A DNA stretch of 64,000 bases. It comes from Phoronis australis. Taxonomy: Eukaryota; Animalia; Phoronida. The stretch covers positions 1,398,838-1,462,837 of the forward strand of contig NMRA01000014.1 of assembly GCA_002633005.1 (NCBI GenBank), written 5' to 3'. This document shows positions 13,001 to 28,000 of this stretch, piece by piece (positions within the stretch are counted from its first letter, which is position 1; each line of letters opens with the position of its first letter). Under the pieces are notes generated by a model. That model was given only the letters and a program-made list of their open reading frames with translations. It was not told where the DNA came from and made no database searches. The translations under genes were made by a program, and so were the position numbers.

Positions 13001-16000
13001 ATTTCAGCTGACAGCCAACAGTGACAGTTCAACAGTTAAATACAACTATTTGGTGACCCCTGTATTTGCTGAAACGCTCTCACTATATCAAGTCTCCTAC
13101 TATGCTTACCCAACCATACGATTTGATGCCCTGGGATGTTCTTATCACAATTTTTCACGTAAGTTGCTTTATACCACAATATTAGCGTCGAATGGCAGAT
13201 ACAACCGTGTAATAACCCGGCATTTAGTTATCTCACTAGTGAGATAATAATTTGGCGGGAAACAGAGGCCGGATTCGAACCCGGACCTCAAGAGTTTCAA
13301 GTCGCCGACTTTACCACTATACCACTCAGCGACTGACGTCATCGAATGCAAAAATAGAATACTTAAATGAGCACGCGCAACAATCGCATGTTCAGCAAAG
13401 GGCATTGCACTGACATTTATACGCTATGAAAAATAAGACGCATAATTTCCGTAGAATGATGTTTTATTTCAGTGAAATTTTTCTCTCATGTTCTCTCACT
13501 TGAAAATCACCGATCTCCAATTTGAATGTGGGTATCGTGTCGTCGGGATCCTTTGACTTGAGCGTTATACTGCGGTTACCAGTCACTGTGGTAACCTACT
13601 TTAGCAGACGACATTTTCCCGGTTGAAGCTCAGCGTGATAAAATGTGTTGTAACCTATAATAGTTGATAAACCTTAATTTATAGATTCACTTTATTTCTT
13701 TGTTTAAATTTTCAGTTGATTTTGAGTAAAAGCATTATTTGACAAAAATAGCTCGACTTTTCTTAAAAGGTCGATCACGTTCTCCGACCCCAGGCCTCTG
13801 ACATAGAAAGTAGTTACAAAGCCGAGGCCAGTCGAGAAAGGTAGATCGATTCATTACTATGTTTCTCGTTCAGTATGTGGTATAAATAGATTATTACATG
13901 TTCTCAGTCATTATCCCCCTTATCTAGAGCCCTCATGGATTTTGGAGAATTGTCACCCTCGTGGCTGACGCCCCTCGGGCGATAATGATCCAAAATCCAC
14001 TCGGTTTCTAGATAACGGGTGACAACGACTTCGCCATGTAATAATCTATACTTATTTTAGCACAATAAGCTCTTCTGTGTTTTACATTTTACTTGACTAT
14101 AATTTGTAATGAAAACGCAGTCGGTCAACTTCAATATACAATTAGTGCACAACTGTAATGTAATATCGCTTGGCACTATAGTTACATGCCAGACATAATT
14201 GCAAAATATTCCATGTAAAGAAACAGTGACTGTCTCTTTTTGCTTGAAAGTCCTTCACCTGATGGCTCAGTACAAGACTGGACAATTTCTTGATTAATTG
14301 GTTGTGTCTGACCTCTGTTACACAGTTCAGGTCTCCATCAACAAACAAAAATATTAATTAAATCAGTTTTTGACCACAATAATATAAATAACAGGACGAT
14401 CGCCGCACAAATAAATAAGTTCATGTTCAATTCAAGGTTTTGTCTTTTCGTTAGACATCATCAGGATCATATTTACAACAATTTAGGACAACAAGTGCCA
14501 ACATACAGCTCAGGTAACATCCATAGAGTGAAGCAAGAGATACATAGAATATGGTCAGTAGCTGGTCATCACCATAGCTGCAGGGTCACAGAGCTCGGCA
14601 TGTTATTCAGAAAATCAGTGGCATGCTGGTTCTGAATGGCCAATGACTCTTTAATGTACTTGTAACCCCTTATTAGGTTCTATGCAGATAATTCTAACAG
14701 AGTTGGCTTGGTGATTGTAGCTAGTACAATGCCTATATATGTTACTTTTCTCTGAGGTGTGATGTTCTTTCAGTCTGCTGAATCCCGTCTTCGCTGTGCG
14801 TTTAACTGTCTCCTGTGATTGAACATGCTTGTGCTCCACAGTCAACTGACTTCCTTTAAGATTTAGTGACGCTTGCCACTTAGCAGATTTTCGAAGGTGT
14901 TACCACACTTTCTCCAAACTTCTGAGAGTTGACAAAAGTTATGGAGCATCATTTTGTTTTGTTATACTTTATGTCCATTGATTTGCCAAAACAGGGTTTA
15001 ATATCCTCTAAGAAAACTCGCAATACATTTATTTATTTTCCACAAGTTGTGCCACTACACTTGTTGTATTACAGGAAATAACGTTCTTAATAAACTGAGC
15101 TGAGACTGGTGTCTTCTTCGGCAATGTTTTCAGATTTTGAATACTATTGGGGCTGTTATGTGGAGTCTGCAGACAACAGTGCTAGAGTATACTCGGCCAA
15201 TCAGAAAACTGTTTCTACGGCAGCACAGTGCAGGGATTGGTGCAAGAGTCAGTCATTTGCTTACTCTGCAGTGCGCAATGGTATGATATCACTAGAAAGT
15301 AACCTAGTAGCAGATCAGACTTTTTGCCTTTTATAAAATTATTATTTTCAGTTACCTGTAAAAAGAGCTTCTCATTTATGGCAGTACATCAGTTCAAGTG
15401 CTTATATTGTTTTCATTTTCTGCCTGTTTAACAGCGAAGCGTATTCTCATTTCATGGATACATCAAATAATTTGGAGATCAGATAAGAAATACCTAGAAT
15501 CTAGGCATTGTCAACATTTCAAATATTCAGTCACTTGTCATCAGTACCACTGTCAGGATGAAAGTGTTGTCCCATCCGGTCATCTTAGGTAAGGCTGAAA
15601 AGCATAGTTATGATTCTGGACTCTCGTGGTGTAGTATTTTTTAGTTGCTCACTTTTTCAAACAAATCCACAGATAAGTAAAATTTTGCATGATATATTTT
15701 ACCTTTACTCATTGCTTGGGAGAAGGGTTTTTTTTCATCGCTTGGCCTTTGTGCGACTTTTCAGAAAAACATGACATCTGATATTGAAGAAGGTGGGAAA
15801 TTCCGTACTTTAGTCTTTGAGCGTAGGTCTCAAAATTAGTTGGGGTAATTGAGACCAGAACCAACTATGGTTTGTTTAGCCTTACTCAGTTGTGTTGACA
15901 CTACCCACAAGGACATGATTACATAACTAGTCACTGGCTGTTGCTGTGACAACACTACCCACAATGACATGATTACATAACTAGTCACTGGCTGTTGCCA

Positions 16001-19000
16001 TAACAACACTACCCACAATGATATGATTACATGACTAGTCACTTGCTGTTGCTATAGCAACACTACCCACAATAACTGATGATGTGACTAGTCAGTGGAT
16101 GTTTTATTGCTTACATTGTGGTAGTATTCGTTGTTTCAGGGGATGTGTGTGGCTGTACCAATAGTTATGGTACATATGGTAAAGTGAATGACAGCAAGTG
16201 TAGTCTGCCTTGTCCCGGGGACTCTAGTAACTGTGGTGGCACTAACTATGTCGCCATCTATAGGACTTGGGGTGAGTTAGAGTCTCAGGCTTTCAGTATC
16301 CTGGGGTCATGAAGTAATTTATTGAGTTTCCCAAGCTTCAAATCCTTGTACACTCTTGTTAATATGAAATGTGAATGAGAAAGAGGAATTTAGGGTTCAC
16401 ATAGTTAAATAGTAATCCCAAAATACCAAAGCCCCAAAATCTTGTGTGAAATTATAAATTCTAATTATTTTGGAAAAAACAAAAATTTTATTGCAGACTG
16501 ACTATTTTGGTTAAAAGCTTGGAAAAATATCATCCATAAGCTAAAGTTTGTTTTATTTGAAGAAATTAATTTATATGGATTTATGTATAGGAGATTATAA
16601 CTTTTCGTGGATTTGTTTTATTTGTTTTGGTCACCAAGTACCTTAACTTAATACACCCTTATTAACCAAAACCATCAATCATTAGATGGAACTACAAGCT
16701 GCAGTGCAATTCATTGTTTCATTCCAGAAACTGTCTGCCCTGCGGTACCTGATGTTCCTTTTGCAACATTTGATAACCGCAACCGAACGTATGGCTCAGT
16801 GGTTAACTATGAGTGTGTATTTGCTTACAAACCTGTGACATCAATGACAATGATGTGTAATCAACTGGCCATGTGGCAGACTGTACCCTCTGCCTGTGTA
16901 GGTGAGTTTGTTGTTCTAATCATAAGGTGGTGCTGAATACAATGCCAACATCTCAAAGACCCACTCGGCGCTAAATGGGTCAAGGCAAAATTGCACAGTA
17001 GCATAAATCGCATTAGCTGCATTGAATCTTCATTTTGTAGCAGTCATAACTCGTAGCATTTAAAACACATAACAGAGGGTTTTCATGGGACATTATATGT
17101 TTGAGTAAAACCAGGTCCTTTTAATGTTGAGTTACAATGTTGGACTACAGATAAGTACTATGTCGGTTGTGGCTGTGACCCCTTCACAAATTATGGTCAA
17201 GTTTAATTGTGACTGTCTCTGATCTGAATCAATTACTTGTAGGACAGGTTTTGAGTTTTTTGTTATCCTGCACCTATTTAATTTACTATGTGTGTACTTG
17301 TAATTTTTATATACATACACATGCGCACAAGCTTCTATGTATAATTGATATGGACTATTGAAGGAAAAGTCGCAGATCAAATACACATTTTGTTAACAGT
17401 CGTGCGATTGTGAGCTTTTTGGTGCTGACCCCAGAGAAAGAAGTTTATCAAAATCACTGGTAATCAATAAATGTTTTTACTTAGTGCAATGCAAATATGA
17501 ACCAAATGAATGCCTAGTGTAGCACCGGAAGAGACTTTGCTAGCTATTATCAGCAATTAATTTACTTTAATTTTCAATTCCAAAGTCTCAAAAAGTGTGA
17601 CCAACCTATGGACAAAAGTGCAGTGCAGTTCTCACCACAAAATGAATTTTGCCCTTAAACAGTACAAAAATAGCCTCCGCAAGTTGATAATTTGATTAAG
17701 ACCCATGATATTTCTCTTCTGCCTCAATGGCTGATGTTATCCAAACTTCATTTTACAGAAAAGAGATGTGGCTCACCACCCTCTGTTGGCCATGCTAGCA
17801 GTACTAATTCAGATGATGTCTTCAACAGTACAGCTGTGTACTCCTGTCGTCTGGGCTATAAATTCCCAGACAACACCTACAGGAAGAATGTGACATGTAA
17901 GATTAATGAACAGTGGGAAACTGTGCCGTCATGCATAGGTGAGCTTGCTTATAATTATAACTGGAGTCATGAGTTCTCCCCCATTTTAGCAGGCTGACAT
18001 CAATTTGGAATCTTTGATGATTGACTGGAGTCAAGAGTTCACAATAGTTCAACAGGCTGCTATCAGTTCAAACTCTTTAATAGTTTGTAGGCTGTATGAA
18101 TTCAAACTGGTTAATCTCGATAATTTACTTTTCTGGGAGCTTGTGTTGTCGTGGGAGATTTGTATCCTACAAGAAACATGTAAATATTCTACTAGACAAT
18201 TCGACATGAATCACTTGATGTTGTCTAAACTTATCAACTTAATCATATGTGTTACTTTTTAGAATTGGAATGCCCAGAGCCAGAGATACTTAACAATGCT
18301 TCATTCTCCTATGGAAATAAGAAATACAGCTCGACTACTGTCTATACATGTGATGCAGGCTATGAGGTGAATGGAACCACTGCCACCCAGCAAACAATAT
18401 CATGTGACAACCGAGAAGAGTGGACAAATTTACCTCTCAAGCAGTGTATAAGTAAGGCCGACTTTCCTGTACGCAACCTTTCAATCAAGTCGAAAAGATG
18501 ATGATTTCTATATTTTGCTAATTTTGTTTCATTGTGAATCAAAAGAAATTATTAATGAGCAATATGAATCATAATCATGAGATTTTTTGGTCAGACACTC
18601 AGTCTTTCAGTTTGTCTGTCCAATGGTCTGTCTGCCATTCAGTCAATGTATTAATATAGGTCAACAACAGGTGATGTTTACCTCACAAAGTCCTTAAGTG
18701 CTGGGAGAACAAGGAATGTGTATGCAATTTCTGTTTTTCAAAAGGGGCACTTTGGCTGCATAAATGGATTACTGTTTTGGTCTTCTTTTGCAATGACCAC
18801 ATTCAAAAGCAATGTTATACCAGGTGGATTGTGTTCAACTGACTTATTGATCTGGCTTGTGTTGTCAGAGAATGAACAGTTAGTCAGTGACTGTTTCTGC
18901 CCTTGCAGTAGTCTCCTGTGGTCCAATATCTGTTGGGAATGCCATTGCCAGTACCAACGAGACACTGTATCAAACAGTAGTCACCTTTACATGTAAAGAT

Positions 19001-22000
19001 GGGTTCAAGTATGGACATGGAGTGGTGGCTAATGACATGAAGTCACAGTGTCAGTCTAATAAAACATGGAGCAGGCAACCTCAGAGTTGTCAAGGTAAGA
19101 TATAGTTCTAGCGTGAGTGCCATTTTGGGCTTGAAGAGGATAACATGTCCACATATTGGCTTACAATTTTCCCATAGTTGTACACCATGGATGTCTCTCA
19201 CACACAATAGACCTTTTGAATTGACAGGCAAGGTCAGTGGAACCAGGGTGGAGTTCAGTAATGCTATGACCTCGCTGAAAAGTGAGACTTTAATGTTAGC
19301 TATTATCAGGAAAATATACTTTTTTCAATTCCAAAGTCTCAAAAAGTGTATTAACGACCTGAACACAAAAGTGCAGTTTTCACATCTGTATATGGATACA
19401 CAAAATGAATTTTGTCCTCTAACACTACCAAAACAGCCCCACATTTTGAGCATCTGATTTGTCACTCTCCATAGTTCTCTACTGCCACAGTGTCATATGT
19501 AATCCAAACTTATTTTACAGAAAAGAGATGTGGCTCACCGCCCTCTGTTGGCCATGCTAGCAGCACTAATTTAGACGATGTAGTTAATAGTACAGCTGTA
19601 TATGCCTGTCATCTGGGCCATAAATTCCCAGACAACACCTACAGGAAAAATGTGACGTGTAAGAGTGATGAACAGTGGGAAGCTGTGTCGTCATGCATAG
19701 GTGAGTGTGCTTAATTGACTGGAGTCATGAGTTCTCATCCATTCCATCAGGCTGACATCAGTTCAAACTCTTTGATAATTGACTGGGGGGAGTCAAGATT
19801 TCACACCCAGTTCAATAGGCTGACATCAGTTCAAACTTTTTGACAATTTGTAAACTGTATAAATTCAACTTGATTAATGTTGAGGATTTTTTTCTGGGTG
19901 CCTGTGTTGTCATTGGGAGATGTGTATCCTTCAGGTGTCATGTTTAGTATTCTACTAGTTTGATGTGAATCATTTGATGTTGTCTGAACTGATCAACTTA
20001 GTCACAAGTGTTACTTTTTAGAATTGGAATGCCCAGAGCCAGAGATACTTAACAATGCTTCATTCTCCTATGGAAACAAGAAATTCAACTCGACAGCTGT
20101 CTATACATGTGATGCAGGCTATGAGGTGAATGGAACCACTGCCACCCAGCAAACAATATCATGTGACAGCCAAGAAGAGTGGACAAATTTACCTCTCAAG
20201 CAGTGTATAAGTAAGGCTGGCTTTCCTGCACGCAACATTTCAATCACGTCAAAAAGAGGATTACTTCCATATTTTGCTATAAACTTTGTTTTATTGTAAA
20301 TTAAAAGAAATTATTAATAAACAGTATTATGAACATTTTGCCTGTCAGATGGTCGTTCTGCCATTCGGTCACATATTAAAGCTCTGATCAACAACAGGTA
20401 ATGTATACTTGACAATTTCCATAAGCGTTGGACAAATAAGGAATGTCTAATAGTATGCAATCTCTGTTTTTCACAAAGGGAGTTTTGCATACTATAGGTG
20501 GATTACTGTTTTGGTCTTCTTTTCTAATGACCACATTCTGTAGCAATGTTATACCAGGTGGATTGGGTTCGACTGGCCTATTGATGTGACTAGTGTTGTC
20601 AGAGAATGAACAGTTAATCAGTGATCGTTTCTGTACTTGCAGAAGTATCCTGTGGTCCAATATCTGTTGGGAATGCCATTGCCAGTACCAACGAGACACT
20701 GTATCAAACAGTAGTCACCTTTACATGTAAAGATGGGTTCAAGTATGGACAAGGAGTGGTGGCTAATGACATGAAGTCACAGTGTCAGTCTAATAAAACA
20801 TGGAGCAGGCAACCTCAGAGTTGTCAAGGTAAGATATAGTTCTAGCGTGAGTGCCATTTTGGGCTTGAAGAGGATAACATGACTGTGCACATATTGGCTT
20901 AGAATTTTTCCCATAGTTGTACACCATGGATGTCTCTCACACACAAGAGACCTTTTGAAATATGGACAGGCAAGGTCAGTGGAACCAGGGTGGAGTTCAG
21001 TAATGCTAGGACTGTGCAAAAAATCAAGACTTCGCGAGATTACGTGAGATATTGCTGTGTATTTTAAATGTCGAGAACACGTGCTTTTGGCCAGATTTAA
21101 GCGAGGTCCTAGCGTAGGCCGTGGCATTACTGAACTCTACCCAGTTCTTTGTTAACTCTGCTCTTAGTCATACAACTGTGCCAGTTGGACTGTGTAACTA
21201 AACACACCTTAGCAATTGGGTTTAGTCCTGGCTCAGAAGATAATTGTTTGATCACTCCCTATAGAGAAAATTTTCAGTTTTCTCATTATTGTGCACCCAC
21301 ATATACGTAATGTAAGTTCATATTGATGTCATCCCTGTCTGTGCATTGGCCGTCTGCCATCTGCCGCTGCATCTCCTAGTAAACGCTCGCAGAATCTTCA
21401 TAAAATTGAGCTACCAAGAAAACACTTGCTCGATTTTTATGAAATTTGGCAGATGTGTTCTTAAGAAGATGGCACTGTTAGTTCTTGCCGAGTCAACTGC
21501 TGCACCTCCTGATAATTACTAAATGGTGTCTTTTTTGGCATTGGTTTGATTATTTGTTCTAAAATTTGAAGCGTGTGTTCCAGTTGACGAGAGCATTTGT
21601 GGTTCTGAGTTTTGGGTGGAACTGAGTATTGCCATGCCCTCTAATGGCAGTTTTGTTTTTTAACCCTGCGTCAGATTGGCATGAAATATGCAAGATATGT
21701 CCCAATAGATGAGGAGGACTGATTTTCAGGCAATTCTGGATCGTTATGTCTCCTTGTGGCGATACTAGTTGTTTGCACCTGTCTCGGTATCTACCAAGTT
21801 GGGTGGAAGATCATTGTGAAATTTAAGAGATGTTGTATTAAATGTTAAGAGCATGGCTTACAAGGGATTGCCACAAGGTTTGGTGTTTTTGTTTGCAAAA
21901 AAGAGTACAGCTTCCTTTGAGTTACGTATGGAACTAACTACTGGTTTGCCCCTTGCGTCTACCAGTCTGCAACTAGTCTTTGGTGGATCTTCGTGACATT

Positions 22001-25000
22001 TGATACCTGCATTTGTGTAAAGATGTGAGCTCCAGTCCAGTATAATTGCACTAGTTCCGTTCTGTGAGCCCTTTTGCCGTTTTTTGGGGGCCTGTTTTTT
22101 GCATCCATCTTTATTTCTTTCAAACAATTGAAGAATCATTCATAATTTGATGCAGGTGTTCTGACGAAACTCCCCTGATTGATGAAGATTTTTAGGCTGT
22201 TTTGATTATAGTTGCACTCACAGCTACAATTTGTGTTTTGCATTTGTCTTGATATCTACCAAATTTGATGGAGGATCTTCAAATGAAGCTTGTGTGGCAA
22301 TTTTACGTTTAGTTCTCACATTTGTTAACTGCCTTCCATCAACCAGACCCCTTAAAGAATCATGGTGTACGGTGGGCATGGCTGCCACTAATTATTGTAT
22401 GGATTCGACTTCTACAGCGCCCCCTGTGGTAATTTCAGTTTTTTCACTGTTGTATCTTAATGTCTACAAACATTGTATTCGCCAATTTTTGGATGAGTAG
22501 CACCCAATTATAAATTGACTAAGTGCTCATTCTGGTGTGTGGAAATGTTTGAAAAAGTGTGAAACATAAACAATGTGGCACTTTATCTTAGACCTCGCAT
22601 ATGTTTTGTCAACTATTTGATGCCAGTTACACATGGTGAGGAATCATGTTTGGTCACTTGTTAGTGAGCGATTTTATTGCACCTCTAGATCTTTAATTTT
22701 TGGTCATCAAACCGTCCTTTTGTTCACAGTTAGTGTTATGTCACCCAAGTTTTCATCTTAACGTTGTTGTTCCCCTGCATAAGCTAGCTGCACCTCCAGC
22801 ACATGTTCATTCACTGACACTTCAAATGCTCTTCATTTATCTTATGGTGTCAATCATGTTTTCAGCTAAACACTGTGGTGCCCTGCCATCTGTTGGTCAA
22901 GCTTCCAGCTCACACTCTTCAGACAGTTACCTCAGTATAGCTGTATACACATGTGATGATGGTTATAAGTTCTCAGACAATACATTCACCAAGAACTCAT
23001 CATGTCAGGCTAATGAACAGTGGGAGACTATACAAGCCTGTGTCGGTAGGTTGACTTCTGTCAGGATAGTGAGCTGTGGGCCAGTGTGGGTAGGTCTTGT
23101 ATCGGGCTATATGGAATTGGAGATTATCCAAGTGTGTACATGGGAAGGTTGGCTTGTATCGGGCTTATGAATTGTCGGAGATAATTCAAGCATGATGTAG
23201 GTAATATGTTGACTTGCCAGGCTAGTAAACACAGGGATATGTGTGAGGGTAGGTTGACTTGAATGGGTAAGGCTATTGAATTGTGGGAGGTTATCTAAGC
23301 ATGAGGAACCCAGTGCACTGATGATCAACCAAAGGTTGAAGTTTACTAAATGCAAACACAATAGCTCATATTGAATTCAGTCCTGCTTGGGCTGCATGGT
23401 CACATGTGTATGACACCTCATAATGTCATGATTAAACAAAGTGCCAAGCCTTTATTATGAGTAGGCTGAATCACAATATGGAGTAGAAAATAGACCCTGT
23501 GTTGAGAGCTGTTGTTGTAAAAAGTACTAAAATATTTTTCTGAAATAGCCTCTGAAATTGACAGGGTGCGCAACCCCAGTCTCAGACGACTGTTAAGCAA
23601 CTGCAGTAGAAGCTGATTAGTTGAGTGCTTCCTTTAAGGGGAAAATTAAGATCTGATGACAGGTAAACTATTCCAAGTTGTTGTTGAGGATATGGGAAAC
23701 CTGGTTAAATGTCTTTCCAGTCATTTTTGCTCTAGTAAACCTTACTATTAGAGATGAACATGTCATCCTGCACTGACCAACGACCATATGCCCGGAACAT
23801 TTAATGTTAAGACTCATTAGTTTCTGAACAAATTGATATTTTATTAATTCTATTTCTGACTCATGATTGCAGAGATAGAATGCGCTGATCCTGTATTACT
23901 GGCCACTGCCAACCTGACTGTGACCAAGAAGGAGTTCAACTCTACTGCTCAGTATATGTGTCTGCCAGGCTTCGAGTTGACAGGCACTGGTGACACTATA
24001 CAGACAGTGACGTGTAACAAGTACCAGCAGTGGGCACCTACTGTAGTCAACTGTTCTCGTGAGCATTCAACTTTTATGGTTTGCTTATAGCAATACGCAT
24101 ATCTATTACCTCTTATATGAGATCATGTTTTAATGCTTTGTGTGTCTGACTAGTAATTTTTATTGCGTTTTCATTTAAATTTATCCAGGTGAGGTTTCCT
24201 GTTTATCTGCTACAAACTGTTTCCTGTTTACTGTGTGTTAAGTAACAAAGGAACGTCGTACCAAAGTAACAAACCAATGTCACATTGAAACTATGGTGGG
24301 CTCACAATTTGTGGCAGTTCAAGTAAACTGGACTTGTTTATTAAACAATTCCAGTTTACTTGAAACTGCCTTTTTTATATATTTGTTTATTTTGTGCTTT
24401 CAGGTATATCATGCGGAAGTATCTCAGTGGCACACGCCACAGCCAGCACCAGTGAGACATCCTTTGAGACAGTGGTCAGTTTCACATGTGTGACGGGGTA
24501 TGAATACCAGGCTGGAGAGGACTCTAACTCCATGAAGGCCACTTGTAACCATGATAAAGTATGGAGCAAGCAACCTAAAGCCTGCGAACGTAAGAAGAGC
24601 GGCTGAGTTACAGCTGTACATCTCAGCTTCTGTCTTGTAGCAACTGAGCTGCAGAGCTGTGCATTGCAGCTTCTGTCTAGTTGTAGCAACTGAGCTGTTG
24701 AGCTGCACGTTGCAGATTCTGTCTTGTAGCAACTGACCTACAGAGCTGTACATTGCAGCTTCTGTCTAGTTGTAGCAACTGAGCTACAGAGCTGTACATT
24801 GCTGCAGCTTCTGTCTTGTTGTAGCAACTGAGCTATAGAGTTGTATATTGCAGCTTCTGTCTAGTTATAGTAACTGACCTACAGAGCTGTACATTGCAGC
24901 TTCTGTCTTGTAGCAAATGAGCTACAGAGCTGTTGCAGCGTCTGTCTAGTTGTAGCAACTGAGCTGTAGAGCTGTACATTGCAGCTTCTGTCTTGTTGTT

Positions 25001-28000
25001 GGCAAGACATCTGAGGTGTGTTTGTGTGGTTAATACCTGCATAGTTTAAACTTAGAAACATGAAATTTGGGGTGTTATTCCAAGCATAGGTGTATAAACA
25101 GGTTATTGAAAAGTGGGAATGGAGATTGACCTGAATGACCAGTTTAAGGAAATGCCCTACACCATGTAGTCAAAGGAAATATCAACAGAATAATTATTGC
25201 AAGGTTGTTCATTAATCACGGATTAGTAAAATTTCAATTGCTTGGAGAACTGAAATCCTCTGTTTGCGAGAATTCACTTAGACATGAGGAACTAATATAG
25301 AAGTAGTACCAGACTAAGGTTTTTCAGAGCCTCTTGCAAATGTCTGGGCGACTGGTAATTTGAGCTTCCAGTTGCCGTGTCACAATTCCCCGTCACAATT
25401 TTCACTCCTTTGGACGAATGGTAATAAATGAAGTACATTTACGTGGGTCTACTTGTGTGATGTCATGATTCACCGCTGCGATGTCTTAATTTGCCTCTGT
25501 GACATCATAAATTGCCTCTTGGATGACATGTCTTGGTTCTGTGATGTCAATTCCACTGAGGATTTCCAGACTACACTGTGACTGTTAACATGTCATGTAT
25601 TCTACATCTTAGGTGTACTCTGTGGTTCTCCGTCATCTGTGGCTAATGCCACTCTGCAGTATTCTGGAGACAGGTATGGAGACAATGGCACTTACACCTG
25701 TATCACTGGTCACTACCTTCCAGACAGTTCGACGTCTCAGGACATAGTCTGTCAGGCAGACAAGAGTTGGTCTCCTGCACAAGCTTGTCAGCGTGAGTAT
25801 TTCTGAGTTGGACATTTGTAAATTGTGGCTAATTGGTTTCACCAGATGCCTCTATCTATGTATGCTTTGTTGATTGGAATGACAAATGCATATTTTTACC
25901 CGCTGGTTTCCAGGGGAATAACTGAAGGAAATCTCCATCAAACCTTCAGCCTATAAAGCTGTGTATACATCGCAAGACCCTAAGGAATTCTGCTGAAATC
26001 TGTACAGGGCAGACGCTTTATTTTTTTGAAAACTCACGTAGCCCTACTTGAATCAAGCTGAAATTGCAAACTTTAAACTGGAATTGATAAACAAAATTAG
26101 GTTAGCTGTGGTGAAGGTTTCTGTTGAAGCAATGGTGAACTGCATTCTTCTGTACAGTCACTCTTTCATCAATGCTAACTTGACATATCAAAAAGCAAAA
26201 GTGAAAGGTTTTATCTTAAAATGTAAACCAAAACAGTGGTTTTTAAAGATGGTTTTGTCCGGACTTTTTAACAGAGAGCTGAGGATTCTTTGAGGAGATG
26301 TAAATTTGGACCCAGGGACGTGTGCTCTGGGAAATTCAATTCAACTTTTTATTTTTTCGATATAGTTCATCAGTGTCATCATTTCCATTGTGATTACTTT
26401 GATATGAATTGTCTGTTTCTCAGCTGTGTCTTGTGGAATGCCATCTGTGCTGCCTAATGCTACCATGTCTTTAAATGGGGTTCACTTCAATGACTCGGTG
26501 ACGTTTACGTGTAACCATGGTTATGAAGTGGTGGGTGGAGCTACAGTGCAGGATGTGTCATGCAATGCTACAGGCCATTGGGAACCGGATACTGAAAACT
26601 GTCAAAGTGAGATTTCATCTAAAAAATTGTTAAAAATAGTCTCTTAGTTTATTTGGCAGATAGTATGTGTGTATTTTTCAACTCTACAAATTACAGTAGT
26701 ATTTGTGACAAATTCTTCACAAAAACTGAAGATAGAAGGTTTGTTCTCAAGCTTGCTTTTTTGATTATTAAATATTAATAATTATGGTTTTGCACTTTGA
26801 ATGATCTGTTATGAGTAAATTTTTGTCTGTATGAAAATTGTCATGAATTTCAATTATCAAAGGTACTAGTGGATGCTGCAAACTACTGTTTGACTGTATG
26901 CCTCTGTGCTCTTCAGGAGTATCCTGTGGTGCCCTGCCCTCTATTGCCCTTGGTTACCCTACAGCCAATCACAGCTTGTTTGGTGATGTGGTGCAGTATG
27001 AGTGCGGAGTGGGCTGTGAATACCAGGCCAACGTGACAGAGCATGACATGTCAATCACATGTCTGGGTAATAAGACATGGAACAAACAACCTCGAGACTG
27101 TGTTTGTAAGTAGGAACCTAACTTGTAACCATACATTTGTAGTGCTCTCTCAGAACTGTTTAATGAACACAATCATTTATTCTTCACGGCATGCACACAA
27201 TCACGCAGAAACTGTTCTAGCTGATGTCACAGACTTTGTCACATGATTTAGTCTCGCCTGTACATTTGGTGAATCTCGTCCTTTCAGTTAAACGCTGCGG
27301 CCGTCCTCCTGCTGTCTCCAACACTAGCGCCATCTACAATAGTGATGAGTACCTTCAGTCTGCCATGTACACGTGTGATGTGGGTCATCTTTTGCCTGGA
27401 AACAAAACTACAACCAATTCGACTTGCAGGTCTAATGCCACCTGGTCCCCCATCAGTCCATGTGAACGTATGACTCGTTATTTCATCTTTCACAATCTTA
27501 TAGACACTATACCTATACTGGCCAATAGTTTTGCAGGACTTCATTGTTCGGTGAATAAATTTATTGTCTACAGTAGGTTAGGCTCTGTGTAGGATGTACA
27601 AGGATTGTCCTTGGAGTCTCTTACATATCTGCTATATTCTTATGCTGGATCACGTTATCCTAACTTCCTTAGAGAGGTTGATAAATAGTTGGTAGACAAC
27701 ATTGTTATGAGTGGCTGTGGGGAGACTAGTGTGCTTGTCTTCCTTTTGTAGCGGTGCGATGTCCTGAGCCACAACAACTCAACAACTCTGTCAATGAGGT
27801 GGGCGGGGTCTATTTCAACCAGAGTGTCACTGCAGTGTGCCTACCAGGTTATATGGTCAGCCTCAACTCAACCAACATGACACGGGGTACAGCTGGAAAT
27901 GGTCAGACTAGAGTCTGCAGTCAGGATGGCCAGTGGCCACTGTTTGATCATCGTTGCGTGGGTGAGTCATTACATGTGATCATGCATGCCTGAGGATAGA

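Larger units (their letters stand above)
17510..21010 (+). repeat. Tandem ~1.75-kb intragenic duplication of a three-CCP-exon cassette including introns
   Basis: ~17540-19270 aligns with ~19300-21010, including intron text such as TTCAATTCCAAAGTCTCAAAAAGTGT. Confidence 0.9.

Noticed and set aside
13262-13332. Functional tRNA gene
   Set aside because: A and B boxes are present, but the acceptor and anticodon stems do not pair properly.
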